A stretch of DNA of 64,000 nt, from contig OY759316.1 of NCBI GenBank assembly GCA_963662275.1, positions 1,120,001 to 1,184,000 of the forward strand, in the 5' to 3' direction. Made by a program: the position numbers and the translations under genes. Of this stretch, positions 51,531 to 60,255 are shown one piece after another; within the stretch, counting starts at the first letter, position 1, and every line of letters begins with the position of its first letter. The notes under the pieces were generated by a model. That model was given only the letters and a program-made list of their open reading frames with translations. It did no database searches and was not told the origin of the DNA. The DNA is from Candidatus Cloacimonadales bacterium (GTDB lineage: Bacteria; Cloacimonadota; Cloacimonadia; Cloacimonadales; DAONDQ01).

Positions 51531-52179
51531 TCTGCAAAATATCAGTTATGGCTATGTTCCTGGAAAGCTTATCCTGGATGAAATAAGCATGATTATCATG
51601 GAGAACGAGATCACTCTACTCACAGGAATCAATGGTTCGGGGAAAACAACTTTCTGCAGATTATTAACAGGTCTCATATCTGCTTATCAAGGAATAATCT
51701 CCTTGGAAAATAGTGATTTAAAGAACTATCAACCATATCAGATTGCTGAAAAAGTACTATATCTCAAACAGGAAGGTATTCAAAACATCGTTGCAGCTAC
51801 ACCTGGTGAAGACCTAATGATTCGACAAAGAAAATTCGTTCAGAAGGATAATACAACTTTTGAAAAAGCCAGGGAAGAGGCTCTTAAAAGTGTTGATCTT
51901 GTTCATCAAAAGAATATTCCAACCTGGGAAATGAGCGCAGGGCAGGTAAAACGGATTGGTCTTGCTACCTTATCGCTATTCACTTCATATTATTGGATAC
52001 TGGATGAGCCATATCTTGGTCTGGATACTAATTTGATAATGAAACTAAAGAAACAGCTTTCTGAGAGAAAAGAACAAGGATATGGAGCGATGATCGTTAA
52101 TCATTTGGATATTTCAGATGATTTTCAATACGATGCACACTATCATTTGAAAAATGGAAAGTTGATTAAAGTATGTTGA
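51520..52179 (+). CDS. Second ECF-type ABC ATPase
   Basis: GINGSGKTT, MSAGQ, ILDEPY, VNH. Confidence 0.8.
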   Translation: MIYNLQNISYGYVPGKLILDEISMIIMENEITLLTGINGSGKTTFCRLLTGLISAYQGIISLENSDLKNYQPYQIAEKVLYLKQEGIQNIVAATPGEDLMIRQRKFVQKDNTTFEKAREEALKSVDLVHQKNIPTWEMSAGQVKRIGLATLSLFTSYYWILDEPYLGLDTNLIMKLKKQLSERKEQGYGAMIVNHLDISDDFQYDAHYHLKNGKLIKVC

Positions 52180-54098
52180 ATAACAACCTGTTTTTTCCGT
52201 TAATCTGTATTTTAACGATTTCATCACTTTATGCTGATACTATTGCAGGTAGAGATACGATAGCGAAGGATAGTTTACAAATCAGGCATTACACATTGGA
52301 TGCGCTGCGTGTTATTGGTGAGAAACCAAGTGAAACGATTGGGTCAGTCAATATTACTAATATTGATTATGCAAATCAACCCGGTCTGCAAAATGTGAAA
52401 GATGCTTTAACAAACTTACCCGGTATCAGTATGACTGTTGGTTCAAAGGATGAAAGTAATTTACGTATCCGGGGTTTTCGAAAGAACGAAGTGAAAATAT
52501 TGTTGGATGGAAGACCTCTCAATGCAGGATATTTCGGGAATGTTAATCTCCAAAACCTGCCAGTTTCAGGTATCAGTGAAATCCAGGTATTGAAAGGACC
52601 AGTTTCTTCGATGTATGGCAGTAATACTTTGGGTGGTGTTGTTAATTTAATTACCAGGGATCCTTCAACAAGAAAATGGTTCAAATTGGGCATGAGCGTT
52701 AAAAGGAATAATACAAATCATTTCGAGTTATCTACTTCTCATCGATTCGAAAATTGGAACTATTGGTTGTTTGCTTCTCTTGAGCACAGCGATGGCTTTC
52801 TTCTTCCAAAAGACTTTCAAGCAACTAATTCAGAGAATGGTGGTGTTCGTGATAATGCCAGCAAAACCCAAGAGCTTGTGGAAGTTAAAAGCACATGCAA
52901 TATCACTGATTTTCACATGATCACTTTTACCGCAGGGGTTGCCAGTATTCCTACAAAGTATTTGCCATCATCCATTTATGAAACTAAATATCGACTTTAT
53001 AAAGACTATCAACGCCTGGAAGGCACAATTCGCAGCAATCTTCAGCTTTCACCTGGTTGGAAGCTGGATTCCATGCTCTATTTGGATGGTGGAAAGGACA
53101 CATATCAAGAGTTTAATGACCCCAATTTCCATCATATGGCAATGGATTCTGATATGAAGAATTTCACTATTGGATTTACACACCGCGCTAATTTGCAGAT
53201 GCAGGATGGAAGCGAGTTGAGCATTGGATATCGGGGTGAAAGGCAATTCAGCAATCGGAAGGATAATGGAAACTACCCAACCTGGACAGATCATTCCACA
53301 ATGCTGCATAATCTCTTTTCCCAGGTGGAATGGAAAGTATCCCAGCCATTGACTGTTACTGGCAGTGCTGGGGCTTCCTATTTCTCAAAAGATGTTGAAA
53401 AAAGTAATGCCCTGTTATTCGAACCTTCCCTGGGGGTTTACTATGAGTTTCCAAATCACGCTTCATTATCTTTGGCTGCAGGTAGAAATACGGCTTTTGG
53501 AACGATGAGACAGTTATTTAGTGTAGAGAATGGCAACATCAATTTACGTCCCCAGGTTAGCATGAAATATGAAATTACTGGTAAAAAGCCATTCCTGCTG
53601 AATACTGCAAATGGACTTCTAAGCTTGAGTCTTTATTTGAATGATGTGAAAGACTTAATCGATATTCATGGAAATACCTATCAAAATATCTATAAAGTGC
53701 GTTCTTACGGTGGTGAATCGGATTTGGAAATAGCACCCTATTCCTGGTGGAATATGACTTATTCATATTGCTATCTCGATTATGCCGATTTAAGCAGCTA
53801 TCGTTTGACTGAAAGCCCCAGAAATACGGTTGGATTGAACTGGACTTTTCTTTTACCCGTAAGAACGAAAGTCACTGTTTCTTCAAATTGGGAAGATATG
53901 CGTTTCAGTGAAGATTCAAATTTCCAATATCATCATTTGGACTCATACTGGGTACATAATCTCGCGTTGAAAAAGGAATGGCGTGATTTTTCAATAACCT
54001 TTGGCTTAGAGAACTTCACAGATACTAATTACCAGGAAGAATACGGCTTCCCTGCACAGGGAATCAACTTCTGCTTTGGTTTAGAGAAGGAATTCTGA
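52173..54098 (+). CDS. TonB-dependent outer-membrane receptor
   Basis: Signal peptide; plug motifs IRGF, LLDG.P, IQVLKGPVSSMYGSNTLGGVVNLIT; EN..D..Y; C-terminal Phe. Confidence 0.92.
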   Translation: MLNNNLFFPLICILTISSLYADTIAGRDTIAKDSLQIRHYTLDALRVIGEKPSETIGSVNITNIDYANQPGLQNVKDALTNLPGISMTVGSKDESNLRIRGFRKNEVKILLDGRPLNAGYFGNVNLQNLPVSGISEIQVLKGPVSSMYGSNTLGGVVNLITRDPSTRKWFKLGMSVKRNNTNHFELSTSHRFENWNYWLFASLEHSDGFLLPKDFQATNSENGGVRDNASKTQELVEVKSTCNITDFHMITFTAGVASIPTKYLPSSIYETKYRLYKDYQRLEGTIRSNLQLSPGWKLDSMLYLDGGKDTYQEFNDPNFHHMAMDSDMKNFTIGFTHRANLQMQDGSELSIGYRGERQFSNRKDNGNYPTWTDHSTMLHNLFSQVEWKVSQPLTVTGSAGASYFSKDVEKSNALLFEPSLGVYYEFPNHASLSLAAGRNTAFGTMRQLFSVENGNINLRPQVSMKYEITGKKPFLLNTANGLLSLSLYLNDVKDLIDIHGNTYQNIYKVRSYGGESDLEIAPYSWWNMTYSYCYLDYADLSSYRLTESPRNTVGLNWTFLLPVRTKVTVSSNWEDMRFSEDSNFQYHHLDSYWVHNLALKKEWRDFSITFGLENFTDTNYQEEYGFPAQGINFCFGLEKEF

Positions 54099-54859
54099 TG
54101 CAGGAAGAAAAGGACAACCGGCTAAACCCGGAGCTACGACTAAATACCAGGACGAAAATACTGATGGTTGTCACCCTCTCTTTTCTTGCCCTACTATACA
54201 GCCAGGTTTGGATACTTGCCATATTGACCTGTATTTCCTTACTCCTTTACATCATTGGAAAAAGGCGATCTTCTTCTAATCATTCTAAAAGCAATTTCAA
54301 ATCTCTATTGATATTAATATTCAGTCTTATGTTCATTCAAATCCTATTCCGACCTGCAGGCACGTTATTATGGCATTGGGGAGTTGTTCGCATTTCAATG
54401 GAAGGAATCAACTATGGCGTTGCTGCTTCTTTCAGAATACTGATCATCTTCCTTTCTGCTGGATACTTGCTGAGTATTTCCTATTATGAATATCTAATGG
54501 CGTTCCGATCCTGGAGACTCCCGTATGAACTATCTTTCCTCATGGCTTCCGTGCTGCAATTCCTGCCTATTCTAAGAAGGGAATTTCAATTAGTGGGAGA
54601 AGCACTCACTTTACGCGGTATAGAATTGGGGAGATTACCTTTATTGAAGAGATTAAATGCCTACCAGGAGCTTGTTTTCCCAATACTGGCTAGAGCAGTT
54701 TCTTCACTAAAGTTTCGTGTAATCTCTCTCGAAATGAGAGGTTTCCGACTTTCTAATAAACGTACTGCATTGCATGAAGATCATTTGAAGATTATTGATT
54801 ACATGGTGCAGGGCGGTCTTGTATTTATCATCACAGTCTGTTTTTACCTGAAGATTTGA
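54098..54859 (+). CDS. ECF transporter transmembrane T component
   Basis: LN.RTK, QFLP, LTLRG and LEMRGF coupling motifs. Confidence 0.85.
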   Translation: MQEEKDNRLNPELRLNTRTKILMVVTLSFLALLYSQVWILAILTCISLLLYIIGKRRSSSNHSKSNFKSLLILIFSLMFIQILFRPAGTLLWHWGVVRISMEGINYGVAASFRILIIFLSAGYLLSISYYEYLMAFRSWRLPYELSFLMASVLQFLPILRREFQLVGEALTLRGIELGRLPLLKRLNAYQELVFPILARAVSSLKFRVISLEMRGFRLSNKRTALHEDHLKIIDYMVQGGLVFIITVCFYLKI

Positions 54860-54904
54860 TGATAATACTTAACTAAGTTTCTGGAGTTCACATGATAGCT
54901 AAAA

Positions 54905-55649
54905 TTTTGAGTTCAATTGCCCAAGCAAAACTATCAATTACCACCTGGCTAGAAGGGAAAATGGACTTCAAACCGACCTTTCATCCCCGGTAGCAAAAAC
55001 TGCTTTCTGGGAAGTTCAAACCGGTAGTATGTCTGAAACATTTCTGATTCCCATCGGGAAGAAAGATACTAACACTGGATTTTAATCCGGTGATATGTAT
55101 GTGAAGAGTGACATAAATCCCATCGGGATGACAGATTGTAACTTACACCAGGCTTTATACCCATTATCTGTTCTTCATACTGGACTGATATAGGTAGGTG
55201 ATTCAGGTCGCCGGATTAAAATCCGAGTGTTAATATCTATCTTCCGTACCGGACTTGGCTTTGTAGCTTACATTGCCAATGTGTTGTGTCCAATTCCGCT
55301 GAGAATATCCAAAAGCGTGAAAATAAATGAAAACTTAGTACCATCCTAACAAAATCTAAGAAAGTCTAGATAATGCCTAGATGATTCCTAGATTATCCCT
55401 AGATGAAACATACATAATTTTATAGCTGGCTTCTTTGTTAACTATTAACTATCAGTTGCAACTTGGGAAGGGGGGAAGGGGGGTCTTAAGGCGTGTGAGA
55501 ACAATTCTTATTGCCTTCCTAAAACCGCACCCAAATAAGTATGTTACTAGAACACAAAAAGCTAGTACTCTGAAGCTAACCAAAATCTTAAATACTTTAG
55601 GAGCTGGTTAGGAGCTGACTAGGATCTGGTTAGTATCTGGTTACTATCT
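54905..55649. repeat. Intergenic mosaic of dispersed repeat families and 11-bp tandem arrays
   Basis: Degenerate TTTGGAGTTC element 54905-55022; GGATTTTAATCC copies 55050-55137 and 55206-55256; CTAGAT at 55366/77/88/99; TTAG-type units at 55597-55649. Confidence 0.7.
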
Positions 55650-55755
55650 CATTTGAATGCCATATGAGTGACTAAAAGGTTACTTCTTTTCGTACTATTA
55701 CAACGCACGGGGTGCGTTGTGCCACCTCACGGGGTGAGGCGTTCCTCTGTAATTT

Positions 55756-56472
55756 CTAATTTCCTATCAGTCTTCTCACATATCTTTGTCCATATTCATA
55801 TGCATCGGGGGTATCAATATCCAGCCATTGTAATGGATTTAGTATTTTCACAGCTTGCATTCGCTGATTTTGAATCAATACCTGGATAGCACCGCTGATT
55901 GATTCACTTCCTCTGGTTAGAGCTGATTCAACCGCTGTAAAGAAATCTTCTTCCAAGCGGAAAACTCCACAGTCTATGCCGTTGTAAACAGCAATTTCCT
56001 TACCGATATGAATGATTTTATTACCTTCACAGAAAACTTTAGTGGCATCGTCTATATCGTGAATGCTGTCACACCAGGGATCCACCAGGAGCAGGTTGAT
56101 CTTACCAGGGGCATTCACAATACTCTTCAGGGCATCAACAGCTACAATATGATCGGACATGGAAAGAATGAAACTTTCATCCTGTACGTAATCCCTTGCT
56201 TTATACACAGACAAGCCGTTACCGCGTTCCCATTCCAGGTTTTCGATGAATGTTATCGGTACTCCAAGATCAGTTTTTTCAATGTAGTCTCGGATATATC
56301 TCTGATTAAATCCCACTACAATCCCGAATTCAGTAACACCGGATAGTTTGAGCTGATGAATAATCGTGGAAAGAATCGAACCACCCGCATAGGGGAGAAG
56401 CGTTTTTGGAACTTGGTTACTGAGGTTCCACAAACGACTTCCGAAACCGGCTGCTATAATGACTGCTTTCAT
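55756..56472 (-). CDS. NTP transferase, CTP:inositol-1-phosphate cytidylyltransferase (IPCT)-like
   Basis: AAGFGSRL, PK.LL, GNGLS, MSDH, DDATKV, IGKE...IDCGVF, WLDIDT; ino1 nearby on the same strand. Confidence 0.7.
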   Translation of the reverse strand: MKAVIIAAGFGSRLWNLSNQVPKTLLPYAGGSILSTIIHQLKLSGVTEFGIVVGFNQRYIRDYIEKTDLGVPITFIENLEWERGNGLSVYKARDYVQDESFILSMSDHIVAVDALKSIVNAPGKINLLLVDPWCDSIHDIDDATKVFCEGNKIIHIGKEIAVYNGIDCGVFRLEEDFFTAVESALTRGSESISGAIQVLIQNQRMQAVKILNPLQWLDIDTPDAYEYGQRYVRRLIGN

Positions 56473-56619
56473 GATATACCTCGAATTCTGGTAATTTTCC
56501 CTCCCTTTGGATAAAGGGAGGGATTAAGGGAGAGTTTGATTCTCTGCGAGGTTGGACTTCAACCCTAATAATAGCAACGTTGCAACATTCTGGTTTGTAC
56601 TTCCCTGAAAACTAGTTTT

Positions 56620-56711
56620 CGCTACCGATGATGAAAGATCGGGTTTGAAGTCCGAATGCCCTTTTAGTCAGGTATTCAATGATAACTTGTTTAGGGCATT
56701 TGAACTCCAAA
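56620..56711 (-). repeat. 92-bp hairpin element, inverted copy of 60000-60091
   Basis: Four mismatches in 92 nt versus 60000-60091 by manual alignment. Confidence 0.85.
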
Positions 56712-56780
56712 CTCCATAGCTTACATCTATACTCAAATGAATCAAACTCTCCGACCTGAAGGTCACCTCCCTTTATCCAA

Positions 56781-57010
56781 AGGGAGGAATGGGTCTGCTG
56801 ACGCGGACCCCTACAAGCTACAAGCTTCATCCGAAGGGAGGAATGGGTCTGCTGACGCGGACCCCTACAAGCTACAAGCTTCATCCGAAGGGAGGAATGG
56901 GTCTGCTGACGCGGACCCCTACAAGCTACAAGCTTCATCCGAAGGGAGGAATGGGTCTGCTGACGCGGACCCCTACGAGTTATAAGCTTCATCCAAAGGG
57001 AGGAATGGGT
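56781..57010. repeat. 54-bp tandem repeat (4 full units plus a partial one), each with a GTAG-REP-like hairpin
   Basis: AGGGAGGAAT at 56781, 56835, 56889, 56943, 56997; internal GGGTCTGC-TGAC-GCGGACCC followed by CTAC. Confidence 0.9.
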
Positions 57011-57081
57011 TTCATCGGTGTATCTCGAAATAATTTCTCAACCGTCTAAAGGCGGAGCTACAAATCATCCGTGAACCGTCT

Positions 57082-57475
57082 CCTATCACTAACACCTATC
57101 ACCTAACACCTATCACCTAACACCTATCACCTATCACCTAACACCTAACACCTAACCCCTAACACCTAACCCCTATCACCTAACCCCTATCACCTAACCC
57201 CTATCACCTAACACCTAACACCTAACACCTAACACCTATCACCTATCACCTAACACCTAACCCCTAACCCCTAACACCTAACCCCTATCACCTAACCCCT
57301 ATCACCTAACACCTAACACCTAACACCTAACACCTAGCACCTAGCACCTAACACCTAACACCTAACACCTAACACCTAACACCTAGCACCTAGCACCTAA
57401 CCCCTATCACCTATCACCTATCACCTAACACCTAGCACCTAACACCTAACACCTATCACCTAACACCTAACACCT
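57082..57475. repeat. Long heptamer array (A/C)CCTA(A/T/G)C, about 56 units
   Basis: ACCTAAC, ACCTATC, CCCTAAC, CCCTATC, ACCTAGC units; overlaps the last codons and stop of the TagF-like gene. Confidence 0.95.
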
Positions 57476-58572
57476 TCTGCAAAAAGTTCTTCCATTCTTT
57501 CTATAAAACGCTCGGATGCTTTACCATCTAATTTATAGAAGTACCTGCTTCGATATTCATTGGCTTTTTCTATCATTCCAGGAGTTGGATGCAGAGCAAT
57601 CTCGATAGCTTCAGCAATTTGTTTTCCGGATTGGATATGTGGAAAAGCCCCTTTCAGGAATTCACGATTATCAATTTCCAGTAGGGGTTGTCCATCGGAA
57701 TGCTTTAAATCATCACAGGGAAGATCATAGACAATACCGAATTTCTCAAAAGCAATAAAATCAAATACAGTGCTGGATGCTTCACTTAATATTGTATCAG
57801 CAGCGAAGTAATATGGAACGATGTTGTATTCATTGAAAGGCAGCAAGACAGCATGCATGTATTTTTTAACAAGTCTTTCGTAGATGGAGTGTTGTTTATG
57901 CGGTGCATATTTCCCCATCCAGCTATAAGGATGAAGCTTGATGATAAGGTTATAATCCTTCGTCTGCTCGAAAATATCCTTCCTGATATCATACAGGCAG
58001 GTGGGTTTATAGGTTGGAGCAAATAACACTGTCTTCTTGCCTGGATCAAGACCCCACTTATTCAGGATGGCATCACGATCGTAACGTCCCTGGAAATAGA
58101 AGTCCAGTTTTGGAAGACCAATCAATTGGACTTCACTCGTTCCCAGGTCAGGGCATTTCAGCAAAGAATCAACACGATGCTGACCTTCTACGAAGATTTG
58201 ATATCGAACTCCCTTCGACCTCGCAAGATTGCGGTAAAGGATGTTTTTGATACCTGTACCATGATTCAGGAAGATAAGGAGTGTCTTACCAAAGTCCTTG
58301 GCATTACGTATGGTATCACCGGAAATGACGATATCAAAGCCTTTTGTTTCCCTGGTGAATCGGTACCCCTGTTTCTTCCATGCTTTGATGATCTTGCTGC
58401 GATAGGGAAATTCAAAGAAAAAGTATTTTTTCTTTTCGATATCGAGAGAAAACCACACATCATACTTCGAATTATTCAATAATAATTCGATAATAGGATC
58501 AAAAGCAGCCTTGTGGTAAACGTATCCGATCTTAAAGAGAAGTTTGATTTTCTTCAAATGCTGCTTCTCCAA
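57460..58572 (-). CDS. CDP-glycerol glycerophosphotransferase (TagB/TagF) family protein
   Basis: NHGTGIK, GLPKLD, VLFAPTY, IKLHP, SEASS..FDF, DGKASER. Confidence 0.8.
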   Translation of the reverse strand: MEKQHLKKIKLLFKIGYVYHKAAFDPIIELLLNNSKYDVWFSLDIEKKKYFFFEFPYRSKIIKAWKKQGYRFTRETKGFDIVISGDTIRNAKDFGKTLLIFLNHGTGIKNILYRNLARSKGVRYQIFVEGQHRVDSLLKCPDLGTSEVQLIGLPKLDFYFQGRYDRDAILNKWGLDPGKKTVLFAPTYKPTCLYDIRKDIFEQTKDYNLIIKLHPYSWMGKYAPHKQHSIYERLVKKYMHAVLLPFNEYNIVPYYFAADTILSEASSTVFDFIAFEKFGIVYDLPCDDLKHSDGQPLLEIDNREFLKGAFPHIQSGKQIAEAIEIALHPTPGMIEKANEYRSRYFYKLDGKASERFIERMEELFAEGVRC

Positions 58573-58575
58573 AAA

Positions 58576-59895
58576 CTACATGGAATCGTAATATTCCAGT
58601 CCGAGATGAGTGATTAGATCTTCCTTCATCATATAACGCAGCGTATTCTTCATCTTCGTTTGCTGGATGAAAAGATCGTTCTCTGGATGAAGATTTGGAG
58701 CAGCCATAGGACTCTTCCAATAGAAGGAAAGCCATTCCTGGACTCCGTACATATCGCAGCGACGTGCTAAGTCTGTGAAGAGAAGCAGGTCGAGCAGTAC
58801 CGGTGCTGCCAGGATGGAATCACGGCAGAGGAAGTTGATCTTAATCTGCATGGGGTAACCAAGCCAACCGAAGATATCGATGTTATCCCAGCTTTCCTTG
58901 TTGTCACCGCGTGGCGGATAATAATTGATTCTGACTTTATGATAGATATTACTGTAAAGTGCCGGGTATTGCTCAGGTTGCAGGATGTCTTCGATTACGG
59001 ATAATTTACTGACTTCCTTAGTTTTGAATGATTCTGGATCATCCAACACTTCACCATCACGATTACCAAGGATATTTGTGGAGAACCAGCCGTTCAAACC
59101 AAGCATGCGGGCTTTGAAACCCGGAGCAAGAATAGTCTTCATAAGAGTCTGACCAGTCTTGAAGTCCTTTCCGCCCACAGGACATTTGTTTTGTGCTGCT
59201 AATGCACGGAGGGCAGGAACTTCCAAGTTGAGATTCGGAGCACCATTGATGAACGGGATTCCCATTTTTAAGGCTGCATAGCAATAGATCATGGAGGGGG
59301 AGATGGCATGGTGGTTTTCCATCATTGCTTTTTCAAAAGTTTCTATTGTATCATGTATGGGGTCTGGTTTCATATAAATTTCAGTGGAAGCAACCCAAGC
59401 CATCATCACACGGTTGAGACCTTTTTCTTTTTTGAAGTTCTCGACATCAGCCATTAATTGTTTGGCAAATTCAAGCTTGTTAGGAGCTTCTTTCACATGT
59501 GTACCATGTAAGTTCTTACAATATTCAGGATTAAACACAGCTTTATGTGGTTTCAGTTTACGAAGTTCAGGTTCGATCTGATCAAGCAGTGTCTTTTCCA
59601 AAACACCGGCTTTCAAGGCAGCTTCATAAGCATCCGCTTCAAAGATATCCCAGGCTAAAAACTCAAGATCTTCAAGTTTTGCCAATGGCACAAAGTCCTT
59701 TATCATGGGGTGTCTGTCTTCTGTGCGTTTGCCCAATCGGATGGTTGCCATTTGAGTTACAGAACCGATGGGTTCAGAAATACCTTTTTTTATCGCTTCA
59801 ACACCGGCAATGAAAGTAGTTGTAACTGCACCAAGTCCAACAATTACGATACCAAGCTTGCCTTCAGCAGGTTTAATTTGATCACCACGTAACAT
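58576..59895 (-). CDS. ino1: myo-inositol-1-phosphate synthase
   Basis: GLGAV, WVASTE, GKDFKTGQT, NILGNRDG, GDNKESWD, CRDSILAAP, LSFYWKSP. Confidence 0.93.
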   Translation of the reverse strand: MLRGDQIKPAEGKLGIVIVGLGAVTTTFIAGVEAIKKGISEPIGSVTQMATIRLGKRTEDRHPMIKDFVPLAKLEDLEFLAWDIFEADAYEAALKAGVLEKTLLDQIEPELRKLKPHKAVFNPEYCKNLHGTHVKEAPNKLEFAKQLMADVENFKKEKGLNRVMMAWVASTEIYMKPDPIHDTIETFEKAMMENHHAISPSMIYCYAALKMGIPFINGAPNLNLEVPALRALAAQNKCPVGGKDFKTGQTLMKTILAPGFKARMLGLNGWFSTNILGNRDGEVLDDPESFKTKEVSKLSVIEDILQPEQYPALYSNIYHKVRINYYPPRGDNKESWDNIDIFGWLGYPMQIKINFLCRDSILAAPVLLDLLLFTDLARRCDMYGVQEWLSFYWKSPMAAPNLHPENDLFIQQTKMKNTLRYMMKEDLITHLGLEYYDSM

Positions 59896-59999
59896 TTGTA
59901 CTCCTTATCTAAGCTTGTATTTTGAAATATAGGTGAATGAGACCGACTCTTGAGTCAAGAAAAAAGTTTAAACTGGGGAGTTTACATGAAAGCTGAGGA

Positions 60000-60091
60000 T
60001 TTGGAGTTCAAATGCCCTAAACAAATTATCATTGAATACCGGATTAAAAGGGCATTCGGACTTCAAACCCGACCTTTCATCATCGGTAGCG
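60000..60091 (+). repeat. 92-bp dispersed hairpin element (MITE/REP-like)
   Basis: Imperfect 18-bp inverted arms TTTGGAGTTCAAATGCCC (60000-60017) and GGGCATTCGGACTTCAAA (60050-60067); relatives at 40110, 54905, 56620. Confidence 0.8.
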
Positions 60092-60195
60092 TAACCTGCT
60101 GTCAGGTATATTCAGCGCACAGATGAATTCATTCTGTTCTCGCTCAGACGAGATACTATATGAATAAAGCGATACACTATATGAATAAAGCGTTA

Positions 60196-60229
60196 CAAAA
60201 CAGCCGGTAGGGGATACCCTGCCGGCTGT
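60196..60229 (-). terminator. Probable terminator of the 1172-aa CTD gene
   Basis: ACAGCCGGTAGGG-ATA-CCCTGCCGGCTGT hairpin, followed on the minus strand by a short U tract. Confidence 0.6.
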
Positions 60230-60255
60230 ATGTTAGTATTGTTTGATTTGATTAT

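Noticed and set aside
56781..57010. Possible CRISPR array
   Set aside because: The 54-bp units are essentially identical end to end with no unique spacers, and there are no cas genes in the window
56612..57049. Three overlapping ORFs with 18-aa repeats
   Set aside because: They are translations of the 54-bp tandem in different frames, with no independent coding evidence
60153..60192. ACTATATGAATAAAGCG direct repeat (two copies)
   Set aside because: Only two copies next to a terminator; most simply a local duplication
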